A stretch of 64,000 nucleotides of DNA from a candidate division WOR-3 bacterium (lineage in GTDB: Bacteria > Hydrothermota > 32-111): the NCBI GenBank assembly GCA_037481815.1, contig JBBFKX010000002.1, positions 32,001-96,000 of the forward strand. Reading direction: 5' to 3'. Numbering within the stretch: the stretch's first letter is position 1; each line of letters starts with the position of its first letter. The notes under the pieces were generated by a model that was not told the origin of the DNA, did no database searches, and saw only the letters and a program-made list of their open reading frames with translations. Both the position numbers and the translations under genes were made by a program. Below, in pieces: positions 40,413-50,021 of this stretch.

Positions 40413-41048
40413 TTAAATCCTGATATTAAAATCTTTCAGTACATCACTAAATTTTTTCGCTTCACCAAAAAATCCATGACCTGGAAAAATTTTTGTTTCC
40501 TTATTTATATTTGAAAATATTTTTTTTATCGATCCGATTATACTTTTATAATCACCTCCAAAAAGATCTGTCCTTCCTATTCCCTCTGTAAAAATTAGAT
40601 CACCAGAAATTATATTGTTTCCGATCTTTAAAGTTATTGATCCCGGGGTATGTCCCGGAGTCGAAAGGACATTTATTATTTCTTGATCAAAACAAAACGA
40701 ATAACCTTCATCTAAGATGACTTCGGGTTGTGGAGAGATGTAATTATTTCCAATATAGTAGGACATATTCAATTCAGGGTCCAGTAAAAAATCGTAATCT
40801 TTAACTCCAACACATATTGGTATGTCGAAATAATTCTTCAAATAAAGATTGCCTGAAATATGATCATAATGACCATGAGTGTTCACTATTTTTTCAGGAA
40901 TCAAGCCATTACCTTTTATGTAATCAACCACCATCTTTCCATCAGCAGGATCAATAATAATGGTTTTTTTATCCTTTGATATAAGAAAATAGGTGTTTGT
41001 TTCAAGTTCACCATTTACAAGACAATCTATTTTTAAATTTGATTCCAT
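40413..41048 (-). CDS. MBL-fold hydrolase (glyoxalase II/YcbL-like)
   Basis: THGHYDH, TPGHTPG, SGD, GIGRTDL.GG, PGHG. Confidence 0.88.
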   Translation of the reverse strand: MESNLKIDCLVNGELETNTYFLISKDKKTIIIDPADGKMVVDYIKGNGLIPEKIVNTHGHYDHISGNLYLKNYFDIPICVGVKDYDFLLDPELNMSYYIGNNYISPQPEVILDEGYSFCFDQEIINVLSTPGHTPGSITLKIGNNIISGDLIFTEGIGRTDLFGGDYKSIIGSIKKIFSNINKETKIFPGHGFFGEAKKFSDVLKDFNIRI

Positions 41049-41056
41049 AATTTATA

Positions 41057-41084
41057 AGTTTAACAAAAATTCCCAATAAATCAA
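41057..41084 (-). promoter_or_regulatory. Promoter heading the long minus-strand run, leaderless or near-leaderless
   Basis: TTGATT(41084-41079)-16bp-TAAACT(41062-41057) with extended TG, 8 nt to ATG 41048; no SD. Confidence 0.6.
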
Positions 41085-41098
41085 TATAATATTATATA

Positions 41099-41126
41099 TT
41101 TACTTTTCAAAATTTATTGATAATAT
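41099..41126 (+). promoter_or_regulatory. Promoter of MFS gene, probably leaderless
   Basis: TTTACT(41099-41104)-16bp-TAATAT(41121-41126) with extended TG, 6 nt to ATG 41133. Confidence 0.55.
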
Positions 41127-41132
41127 TACACT

Positions 41133-42368
41133 ATGCTGAATCTAAGAAAAAGTATTGATTATTACAAATATGTTTTTCAAAGAATAGATAAAAATGCTTA
41201 TTTTTATCTATCCGGGAACCTCCTTTCAGGTTTTGGATTTGCTGCTTTTTCACTTCTTTTTAACATCTATTTAAAAAGTTTAAACATAGGTGAATCTAAA
41301 ATCGGGAACCTTTTATCAATCGGAACGTTTACAACAGCGATACTCATCTTACCAGCAGCGTATATTGTAAAAAGAACGGATTTGAAAAAATTTTTTGTTT
41401 TATCTCCCCTTTTAACTGTTGTGGGGTATTTGATAGCCATTCAAAGTTCTACTTTTACTTTTAGAATTATTGGATTTATCCTCGCTGGAATTGCAGGTGC
41501 TTTCACATCAGTTATCGGTGGTCCTTTTATTATGTCGGTTTCAGATGAAAAAACAAGGACTTTTTTATTTTCGTTGAGCCAGGCAACAATGTTGACCGCG
41601 GGGATAAGTGGAAACCTGATATCAGGTTTTTTGCCAAACATCATCAAAAAGTTTGGCTTATCAGATGTCCTATCTTTAAAATATGCGATATTTTTCCATC
41701 TTTTTTTCGTTTTTTTATCATTATATTTTTTTTCAAAAATAAAAACAAAAAGACTTTACAGTTCAACTTTTAAAGACAAAATCAAATTTAATACAAATCT
41801 AAAGATTCTCTTTTATTTAATTCTACCCCCTCTAATAATAGGTCTTGGGGCAGGTATGACTATTCCTTTTTTGAATATCTATTTTAAAACAATATTTCAT
41901 CTTTCATCATCACAGATAGGTATAATTTTTTCGATAGCCCAAATGTTAACAATTTTAGGTTCGTTAATTTCTCCATTGATCGCCAGAAGACTCGGACTCA
42001 TAAACACAATAATCATTACACAACTCATTTCTATTCCTTTTCTATTCTTTTTGGGTTTCTCTTCATATTTTCCTCTCGTTCTTATATCATTTTTTTTAAG
42101 AAACGCTTTAATGAACATGGCTTCCCCTCTCTCTTCAAATTTTTCTTTAGAAATAGTTGACAAAGAGGATAGACCTTTTACCAGTGGACTACTTTCACTG
42201 GCATGGCTTGCTTCATGGGGACTCACAGCAAACTTTGGAGGGTATTTTATAGAAAAAAGTGGTTATAAGATTCCTTTCACATTTACCATCTTATGTTATT
42301 TCACATCTTCAATACTTTATCTGTTACTCCTAAAACCACTCGAAAAAAGTTTTAAAACCTCAAAATAA
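41133..42368 (+). CDS. MFS transporter
   Basis: About 12 hydrophobic segments; PFLNIYF, RNALMNMASP. Confidence 0.88.
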   Translation: MLNLRKSIDYYKYVFQRIDKNAYFYLSGNLLSGFGFAAFSLLFNIYLKSLNIGESKIGNLLSIGTFTTAILILPAAYIVKRTDLKKFFVLSPLLTVVGYLIAIQSSTFTFRIIGFILAGIAGAFTSVIGGPFIMSVSDEKTRTFLFSLSQATMLTAGISGNLISGFLPNIIKKFGLSDVLSLKYAIFFHLFFVFLSLYFFSKIKTKRLYSSTFKDKIKFNTNLKILFYLILPPLIIGLGAGMTIPFLNIYFKTIFHLSSSQIGIIFSIAQMLTILGSLISPLIARRLGLINTIIITQLISIPFLFFLGFSSYFPLVLISFFLRNALMNMASPLSSNFSLEIVDKEDRPFTSGLLSLAWLASWGLTANFGGYFIEKSGYKIPFTFTILCYFTSSILYLLLLKPLEKSFKTSK

Positions 42369-45300
42369 ATTTTATACCACTGTTGAAATTACCCTGTTCA
42401 TCCCTTTCGGTAATAAAACTTGAATTCTTTCCAAATCGATATTCGATTTTAAACTGGTCTTTAGAAAAAGAAAAAATATCATGTGTATATGATAGATACA
42501 ATTTTTTACCTATATACTTACCAACAGAAAGTTTCGCACTTTTATCTTTTTCTAAAAGTGTTGTATTCAAATCAAGTTGATCAACCCCTATCGATGAGGA
42601 TATAAGATTCAAATATCTGTTTCTAAGATATATTTGTAAAGCTTTTTCTGGAAGAGTTCTTGTAAAATCATTAAAATTTGTAATATTGTTTAAAGTAGTA
42701 TTAAAACTCAAAACACTCAAAATATTTTCTATCGACATCAAAGGATCTGAACTTACTATTATTTGAGGATTTGAAGCACTTCCTTTTACATTTATACTTA
42801 TTCTCGCTTCTTTTCTTTCATCTCCTTCGCTGAACAAAACATCTGTACTTGCAAGAATATCCAAGAATGGATCGATGTCTTTGGAACTCTGTTGAAATGT
42901 AAAAATTCCTCGTTCTATTAAAAATCTTTTCTCAAGATAAAAATATGTTCCTCTTATTACTTCAGCGTTGCCTGTTATACTGTATTTTAAGTTTTCCTTT
43001 TTAAGTTTAACCTCACCTTTCAGTTCAACATCAACAAAATTGTTTTTAAGCCATAAGTTCCCTTCGGATATGAACAGAAGATCAAGGTTCGTTTTATATC
43101 CCGATTGTGGTGACAATCCACTTTCCTGAGATTTTATAAAGAATGGGAAATTGGAAACACCTTCGTTGATAAAAATTCTGCCAGTAGTGGTTACCTGAGT
43201 TTGATCACCCAATATTTTCAACGAACATTTTGCAAAAGCATCAACATAATCTAAACCATTTGAATGAACACCATCTGCTAAAATATCGAAAGAATAGTTA
43301 TCCAGAGTCCAGTTTTTCTTTTTTACTCTTCCTGTAAGTTTAACCTTACCCTTTTCTGTGAATCCATTCAATTCTATGTCTTTTAGATAATTCCCATAAC
43401 ATACACCTTGCCCTGTGACATTTCTAATTTCGGTTCCAAGTTTTACAATATAAATGTTTGAAGAGTCAACAAAAACATTTCCATAGATTTGTGGATCAGA
43501 TAAAGTCCCGGAAATTTTACCTTCAAGTTCTAATCCTTTTTTTGTTTCAACTGTGAATACATTTTTCAAGGGAACGAAATATTTCCCATCAATATTATTC
43601 AATTTGACATTTAAGTTAAGTTCGGAGTCGAAAATTTTCGAAAAATCTTTGATCGAAATTTCCCCAAACATGTAGGAAACATTTTCATCGTTGTATAAAT
43701 TAAAATAATTTAATTTTAATAATTTATTTTCAAGTTCACAATTGAAATCGATAGAATCTATTTTGAGTTCATAGTAATTTATATCCTTAACTTTTCCCGA
43801 AAAATTGACACTTTTTTTATAATCAGAAATAAGCCCTTTTCCATAAATTAAGGCATCACCAGATATTTCAAAACCTGTAAAATATCTTGTAAGCAAAAGA
43901 TTTTTATCCATAACTTCAAAGTCAAAATCAAACATGTTTTGTGAATTCATCAGATCAAGATGAACATATCCCTCTTTACCTTCAAGGGAAACACCTTTTA
44001 TGGTCAAATCATTTCTGGAGATTTTTATATCAATAGGTTTTGTTAACCTTAGAAAATCAACATCTGTTTTGAGTTCAAGTTTATCTATATTCCCTGAAAA
44101 TTCATAATCCTTTTCTTTAAACTCACCGTTAAGTCCCAAACTAATGGTTATTAGTTCTGAAACAGCATCCAGATCAAGATAAACTTTATCATTTTCCTTT
44201 TTTATTTCAGCGTAAAGGATGTCAAGATTCTTTTTAAATATTTTTCCATTCAAAGCATAAAAATTACCCACAAGATTTTTCAATGAATTATCAGCAAAAA
44301 CAAACTTTGAGTTGAAAGATAGAAAACTTATAAAACTGTTATTCAAGTTAAAATCCTTCACCACAAAAGAATTTTCACAAGATATATACCCTTTTTTACC
44401 TCTCAGATTTATCCAGCCATCTGCATTTCCACTCAGAGATACTTTCTTATCAATTTCGGTAATGAAACTGAGCGGGAATTTATCGAACGTAACTGTTAGA
44501 TTTTCCCTTTGGTTCCCGAATCTGCCATCAACACACATAAATCCCTGGTTTAGATATAAATTGAGATTTTTTGCAAATATTTCATCTTTTTTTAAAGTAA
44601 AAATTCCATCCAAAAGCAAACCATCAAACTCTCCATAAGAACCTTTTACTGAATCCAGATTTACGGTTATGTATGTTAAAAAATCTGTTTTAAAATTCAC
44701 ATTTCCGTAAAATCTATTTTTTTTCAAATCCACATTACTTATAAAACTTTCAAGAGATAAAGAATCAAATTTTAATAAAAATTCCCCATTTAACCCTTTG
44801 TCAAAATCGATGAAACCTTTCGCACTCAAACATAGATTTTTATCATTACATTCAATTTTTTTAAAGTTCAAAGTATCAAATCTGAAAAATATTTCACCCT
44901 TTAAATCTTTAAATGAGAAGCTGTTGTAGCCAATCCTTTTTATATCAAAACTAAAATCCGCATTTTCAAGAGATGGTGAAAAAAGACAACTCGCTGAAAT
45001 TTTCCCATCGATATTAAACTTTTTTCTTTCAAATTCAAATTTTCCGTTCGAAATTTTTGTTTCAAAATTTTTAACAAACAAAAAGGTATCCTTTAATATC
45101 AAACTGAACTCAGAATTGATATTATCAGAGATGATCGAATTGTTGAGGATTATTGAGTCCATTAGAAAATAAGATATTTCTCCTTCAATCTCTTTCACTT
45201 TAAAAGTATCAACAGTTAAATCAAGAAATTTATAGTAGGCAAAAATCAGGTCTTTTTTTATATTTATCGATGACAAAAACTTCGAATTTGTGAAAATGTT

Positions 45301-45780
45301 ACCTTTATAAACGATTTTAACATTCGAAACTTCAACATTGTTTAAATCAATTTTTAAATTATTTTCAAAATGTGGTAACAAAAAGTTAAACTTAAAATCT
45401 TTTAGATTCAATTCTTTATTCTCAGATTTATAATTTTGTTGTCCTTCCTTTATTTCAGCCATCACACCCTCAACAAAAAATTTATTTACCATCAACCTTT
45501 TAAACAAAAAAGAAGATAAACTCAAAGATATGTTAATCTTTTTGATAGAAAGTTTTACTTTTTCATTTTCAAATGTTAGATTTTTAAACTGGAACCTATT
45601 CAGATTACCTTTTAAATTAGAAATTTCACACTTCCCATTAAACGATTTTGAAATAAAATTTTCGACTCCCGACTTTATCCATCTATTAAACACACCAAAA
45701 TTTAAAAGTAGAACATATGTTAAATAGAAAAAGAGAACAAAAAAAAGTAACAATAAAAGCCATATTTTTCTTCTTTTCAT
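42352..45780 (-). CDS. tamB: Translocation and assembly module TamB
   Basis: N-terminal TM anchor, long beta-rich body, C-terminal G..SNPQI...ILSVL..., SVGKYIGKKLYLSY; follows an Omp85 gene. Confidence 0.8.
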   Translation of the reverse strand: MKRRKIWLLLLLFFVLFFYLTYVLLLNFGVFNRWIKSGVENFISKSFNGKCEISNLKGNLNRFQFKNLTFENEKVKLSIKKINISLSLSSFLFKRLMVNKFFVEGVMAEIKEGQQNYKSENKELNLKDFKFNFLLPHFENNLKIDLNNVEVSNVKIVYKGNIFTNSKFLSSINIKKDLIFAYYKFLDLTVDTFKVKEIEGEISYFLMDSIILNNSIISDNINSEFSLILKDTFLFVKNFETKISNGKFEFERKKFNIDGKISASCLFSPSLENADFSFDIKRIGYNSFSFKDLKGEIFFRFDTLNFKKIECNDKNLCLSAKGFIDFDKGLNGEFLLKFDSLSLESFISNVDLKKNRFYGNVNFKTDFLTYITVNLDSVKGSYGEFDGLLLDGIFTLKKDEIFAKNLNLYLNQGFMCVDGRFGNQRENLTVTFDKFPLSFITEIDKKVSLSGNADGWINLRGKKGYISCENSFVVKDFNLNNSFISFLSFNSKFVFADNSLKNLVGNFYALNGKIFKKNLDILYAEIKKENDKVYLDLDAVSELITISLGLNGEFKEKDYEFSGNIDKLELKTDVDFLRLTKPIDIKISRNDLTIKGVSLEGKEGYVHLDLMNSQNMFDFDFEVMDKNLLLTRYFTGFEISGDALIYGKGLISDYKKSVNFSGKVKDINYYELKIDSIDFNCELENKLLKLNYFNLYNDENVSYMFGEISIKDFSKIFDSELNLNVKLNNIDGKYFVPLKNVFTVETKKGLELEGKISGTLSDPQIYGNVFVDSSNIYIVKLGTEIRNVTGQGVCYGNYLKDIELNGFTEKGKVKLTGRVKKKNWTLDNYSFDILADGVHSNGLDYVDAFAKCSLKILGDQTQVTTTGRIFINEGVSNFPFFIKSQESGLSPQSGYKTNLDLLFISEGNLWLKNNFVDVELKGEVKLKKENLKYSITGNAEVIRGTYFYLEKRFLIERGIFTFQQSSKDIDPFLDILASTDVLFSEGDERKEARISINVKGSASNPQIIVSSDPLMSIENILSVLSFNTTLNNITNFNDFTRTLPEKALQIYLRNRYLNLISSSIGVDQLDLNTTLLEKDKSAKLSVGKYIGKKLYLSYTHDIFSFSKDQFKIEYRFGKNSSFITERDEQGNFNSGIKFILRF

Positions 45781-47546
45781 CAGAACGGATTCCCTATACT
45801 GAAATAATATTTCATATCTTCTGCTACATTAAAAGGCTTTGCAACATCAATTCTCAATGTGCCAAACATTGTATTATAAAAAATTCCTATTCCACCTGAT
45901 AAAACAAAATCCTTTAAGTTGAAGTTAAAGTCAAAATATTTTTTTAACATTCCTGTGTCAAAAAAATAAATTATACCAAAAGATTTGTAAGCTTTAACTC
46001 TTAACTCATAATTAAGGTTTATCAAAAAATTCCCTGATCTTGTGCCGAGATCATTCAAAGGTCCTATGGAGTCCTGCTGAACACCTCGAACACTTGTTAA
46101 TCCTCCAAGGGTGAATTGTTCGTTTATAGATATACCTCTTTCATATGAAACTCCGTAAGGGAGAATTATACCTGTTCTTATTCTAAACATATTCACAAGT
46201 TGTTCTTTATAGCCATAATAATTTGAATTTTCATAAACAAATCTATAAAAATTGTTATAACCTCTCAAAAATCCCCCAGCGAGATCAAATTTTACCATTG
46301 AATAAACACCTTTTGTCGGGAATATCACTTCATCTCTTGAATCAAAATAGAAAATTATGTTTGTTGAATTTGTAGTTACTTTTTCATATCTATAACTTCT
46401 ATCTTCAAAAAATGTATCAATGGTACTGATTCTGTATGACCAATTGTTGGAAAATGAATATTGACCAAAAATTCTACTTATACCTGTGTTAAAAACAAAA
46501 TCTTTTTTAAGGTAAAAGGGGTTACTTTCAATGTTGAAACCTATTTGAGAATTGAAAGAATAAAAAGTACTGAAAAGGTAAGGGACTTTGTATCTTAATA
46601 TTGAATAAAACCATTTATCATACATCATAAATGGATCACTAACAAAAGAGGATGCAGCAGAACTTTCAAGAGAAAGTTTTTCAGCGTTGTTGAAAAGATT
46701 GTCGTTTCCTATGCCGGTCGAAATCTTAAGTTTATTTGGGAATTGATATAAAACAGCAGATGAAATCCAATTTTTCTTTTTTTCTTCACCATAAAAAAAA
46801 ACATTAAGCGATTCTTTTTTCTCCTCAACACCTTCTACCTTAAAATTCAATGAATTGAAGAGATTTGAAGAATAAATCTTTCTCTGGAGATAATATATAT
46901 CTTCCGGGATATACTCTTTCTCTTTATAATTTTGAGTTTCCATTTCAAAAATTTTTTTTGTTGTTATAAAATTTAATGAGTCAAAGTAAATATCTTTTAT
47001 ATAAGTTTTCCCTCCTTCTTCTATATTCACATACAAAGCAACTCTGTATCTGTTTTCCTGGGGAACCAGTTCATAATCTACCGACGCATAGATAAATCCT
47101 AAAGAAGCATATCTATCGATAATGTTTATCTGCCTCTGATAGATTTTTCCTATATCGAGAGGAGAATTTTTTTTTAAATCAAGGATTGAAAGTATTTCAG
47201 AAGTTTCAAGTACTTTGTTACCATATATTTTCACATCTGTTATTAAAGTCAAAAAACCTTCGTTGATTTTTATATATATATCCGCTTTATCCGAATCTAC
47301 CACCATTTCATATTTTTCAATTTCAACATCAAGAAATCCATTCGATCTATAGAATGAGATCAAAATATTTTTCTTTTCATTAAATGTAATTTTATCTATA
47401 TTCCCACCAACTTTTAATTTCATAACCTTTCTAATCTTTTCTTCAGAAAAATACAGGTTACCTTCAATTTTTATAGTTTTTATTTTTTCTGAAAATATAC
47501 TGATAAAAAAAGTTGATAAAAAAATTATCAGTACAATTTTTTTAAT
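45780..47546 (-). CDS. tamA: Omp85 family protein with POTRA domains (TamA/BamA-like); probable ATT start
   Basis: POTRA motifs (IEGN, FYRSNGF, INEG, GFIYA), LGGLTSVRG, FFDTG, C-terminal FSIGNPF; signal peptide begins at ATT 47546 after GGGGG. Confidence 0.8.
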   Translation of the reverse strand: MKKIVLIIFLSTFFISIFSEKIKTIKIEGNLYFSEEKIRKVMKLKVGGNIDKITFNEKKNILISFYRSNGFLDVEIEKYEMVVDSDKADIYIKINEGFLTLITDVKIYGNKVLETSEILSILDLKKNSPLDIGKIYQRQINIIDRYASLGFIYASVDYELVPQENRYRVALYVNIEEGGKTYIKDIYFDSLNFITTKKIFEMETQNYKEKEYIPEDIYYLQRKIYSSNLFNSLNFKVEGVEEKKESLNVFFYGEEKKKNWISSAVLYQFPNKLKISTGIGNDNLFNNAEKLSLESSAASSFVSDPFMMYDKWFYSILRYKVPYLFSTFYSFNSQIGFNIESNPFYLKKDFVFNTGISRIFGQYSFSNNWSYRISTIDTFFEDRSYRYEKVTTNSTNIIFYFDSRDEVIFPTKGVYSMVKFDLAGGFLRGYNNFYRFVYENSNYYGYKEQLVNMFRIRTGIILPYGVSYERGISINEQFTLGGLTSVRGVQQDSIGPLNDLGTRSGNFLINLNYELRVKAYKSFGIIYFFDTGMLKKYFDFNFNLKDFVLSGGIGIFYNTMFGTLRIDVAKPFNVAEDMKYYFSIGNPF

Positions 47547-48760
47547 TCGATCCCCCTGTAATAATGCTTTAAAATTTCCCTGTAATTCTTTCCCTGACTT
47601 GCCATCTCCATCGCTCCATATTGACACATCCCAACTCCATGACCATATCCTTTTCCATAAATAAATATTTTATCATCCTTTTCTTCAAAATCAAACATCC
47701 TGCTTTTTAAAAACCCACCCTGGTATTCATCAAATGTTATAAGTTTTCTGATACTCAATCCTTTTACATTATACTTTTCTCCATCGATATCTGTAAGTTC
47801 AACTTCAATAACCCTTTTATGTTTATCATATTTTTTTATAGAAAATTTTACAATCTGTATGTCTTTTTTAAAGATGGAAGAAGCATTTTTTGACACCATT
47901 CTGTAAAAATAGTCCTTTTCAAATTGATAGATCCAATTAAAATGTTTCGATTTATAACAGTATGGTTTCCCATAACCAAATAAACAATTTTTTTGTGCAT
48001 CAACAACAGATCTTAGGTAAGGAGAAGGTGCCCCACCCCATTCGTCTTCATTGTTACTTGTGAATCCACCACATGTTGAATGATATTTTGCATCTATTGG
48101 GATACCTTTATATAAAGCAACAACACCTCTGGTCATTTCAATCGCTGAATTCACTAAACTATCCTCAACAAGAACACCTCTATAAACCTGATCCTGAACG
48201 GTTGATTCAAGGTCATAACCCATATCGTAATTTTTATTCAACCTACCAAAAGCATAGGTTCTTGCAGCAACAGCCTGTGCTTTCAAAGCTTCAATCCTCT
48301 TTTTATCAAGTTTTCCAATTTCTGCTGGCACAACACCTTTTAAATAATCTTCCATGTATAACCTATTGATCGGCAAAATAAAATTATCTACATCTTTGAT
48401 CAAAAAGATCTCTCCCCTATAAACCATGCCTTTATAAATAAGAAAGCCATTTTTTTCAGTTGAAACAAATTTTAACGGGAAATATTTCAAAACGATTCTT
48501 TTGTTCCTATTTATATAAACAAAAGGATATTCGTATCCAGAGTAAATAAAACATGTATCGTTTGCATTTAATTCTAAAATACCTTCCTGAGTGATCAATT
48601 TGAACTTTGTTTTTGAGGTTATAAACGCTTCTTTTACTTTATGCTCAAGTGCGATCCGTACAACTATTTCTTTGTCGTGACCTCTGAAGTTTTTTGTGGA
48701 ACATCCAGTCAAAACAATCAACAAAAAAAGAAAAAAAAACTGATTTTTTTTAAATTTCAT
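47528..48760 (-). CDS. SpoIID/LytB-domain lipoprotein
   Basis: Lipobox LTGC; YLKGVVPAEI, EALKAQAVAARTYA, DQVY, YHSTCGG, GYGHGVGMCQYGA. Confidence 0.9.
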   Translation of the reverse strand: MKFKKNQFFFLFLLIVLTGCSTKNFRGHDKEIVVRIALEHKVKEAFITSKTKFKLITQEGILELNANDTCFIYSGYEYPFVYINRNKRIVLKYFPLKFVSTEKNGFLIYKGMVYRGEIFLIKDVDNFILPINRLYMEDYLKGVVPAEIGKLDKKRIEALKAQAVAARTYAFGRLNKNYDMGYDLESTVQDQVYRGVLVEDSLVNSAIEMTRGVVALYKGIPIDAKYHSTCGGFTSNNEDEWGGAPSPYLRSVVDAQKNCLFGYGKPYCYKSKHFNWIYQFEKDYFYRMVSKNASSIFKKDIQIVKFSIKKYDKHKRVIEVELTDIDGEKYNVKGLSIRKLITFDEYQGGFLKSRMFDFEEKDDKIFIYGKGYGHGVGMCQYGAMEMASQGKNYREILKHYYRGIELKKLY

Positions 48761-50019
48761 AAACTTTTAAATATCTCTTTTCCAAATTTTATATAGTCCT
48801 TCAAAATCGGAGGGAAATCAAAATCATTATCATCTTGATATTTTTCGATTATCGCTATGACCGTTCTTGGTGTAGCAAGTCCTGAACCATTTAAAGTATG
48901 AACAAAGATATTCTTTCCTTCCTTATTTTTATACCTTATCCTTCCTCTTCTTGCCTGAAAATCAAGGAAATTGCTGACAGATGAAACTTCTAAAAATTCT
49001 TTTGAACCTTCAGCCCAAACTTCAATATCGTAAGTTTTTGATGAAGCAAAAGATGTATCAAAATCTGGTAGAAGTATCACTCTATAGGACAAACCAAGAA
49101 GCATAAGAACTTTTTCAGCTTCTTCAAGCATTTCAAGATGCGCAGATTTAGAATCTTCTGGTTTCGTAAATCTTACAAGTTCAACTTTGTTGAACTGGTG
49201 TAGCCTTTTTAAACCTTTTGTATCTTTTCCATAAGAACCTGCTTCCCTTCTGAAACATGCTGAGTATGCAACAAATTTTTTCGGAAGTTCATTTTCGTTT
49301 AAAATTTCATCTTTAAAGATGTTCGTTACAGGGACTTCCGCAGTTGGTATCAAAAAAAGTTCGTCATCTTTTAATCTGTACATATCCTCTTCAAGTTTTG
49401 GTAATTGACCTGTTGAAAAAAGTGAATCATAGTTAACAAGAAAAGGAGGGAAAATCTCTTTATAGTTATGTTTTACTATATGTAGATCTAACATGAAATT
49501 TATTAGAACTCTTTCAAGGTATGCCGCTTTTCCCATATATAGTGGAAAATGTGAAGCAGAAATTTTTGCTCCCCTTTTAAAATCTATCCCTTCATCTGAC
49601 TGAACGATATCAAGATATGATAACTTTTTTTCTTCAAACTTTCCAAATTCTTTTACAATTTTAAAAGTAGGATTCTCACCGCTTGGAACTTCTTCATCAA
49701 CTATGTTTGGGATCCATTTTAAAAGGTTAAATTCTTCTTCTTCAGTTTTTTTTAACTCCTCTTCAAATTCTTTGATCTTTAAAGATATCTCTTTTCCTTT
49801 TTCAAGGAGGGGATTAATATCCCCTCCTTCTTTTCTTAAAGAAGAAACTTTCAAACTGTTTTTGTTTTTTTCTTCTCTTAACAGATTCAGGGAGTTTATT
49901 AAATCCTTTCTTTTGTTTATAACTTTAAAAAGGTAATCAAAATCGATTTTACATTTTTTTGCTACGGAACATCTTTCAACAAATTCTCTGTTCGATAATA
50001 TAAACTCCCTATCAAGCAT
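48757..50019 (-). CDS. serS: Serine-tRNA ligase
   Basis: LIPTAEVP, CFRREAGSYGKDT.GL.RLHQFNKVE, DFQARR, HTLNGSGLA. Confidence 0.96.
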   Translation of the reverse strand: MLDREFILSNREFVERCSVAKKCKIDFDYLFKVINKRKDLINSLNLLREEKNKNSLKVSSLRKEGGDINPLLEKGKEISLKIKEFEEELKKTEEEEFNLLKWIPNIVDEEVPSGENPTFKIVKEFGKFEEKKLSYLDIVQSDEGIDFKRGAKISASHFPLYMGKAAYLERVLINFMLDLHIVKHNYKEIFPPFLVNYDSLFSTGQLPKLEEDMYRLKDDELFLIPTAEVPVTNIFKDEILNENELPKKFVAYSACFRREAGSYGKDTKGLKRLHQFNKVELVRFTKPEDSKSAHLEMLEEAEKVLMLLGLSYRVILLPDFDTSFASSKTYDIEVWAEGSKEFLEVSSVSNFLDFQARRGRIRYKNKEGKNIFVHTLNGSGLATPRTVIAIIEKYQDDNDFDFPPILKDYIKFGKEIFKSL

Positions 50020-50021
50020 TA

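Noticed and set aside
47528..48760. Sporulation implied by SpoIID
   Set aside because: SpoIID/LytB domains are widespread in non-sporulating diderms; no other spo genes are present.
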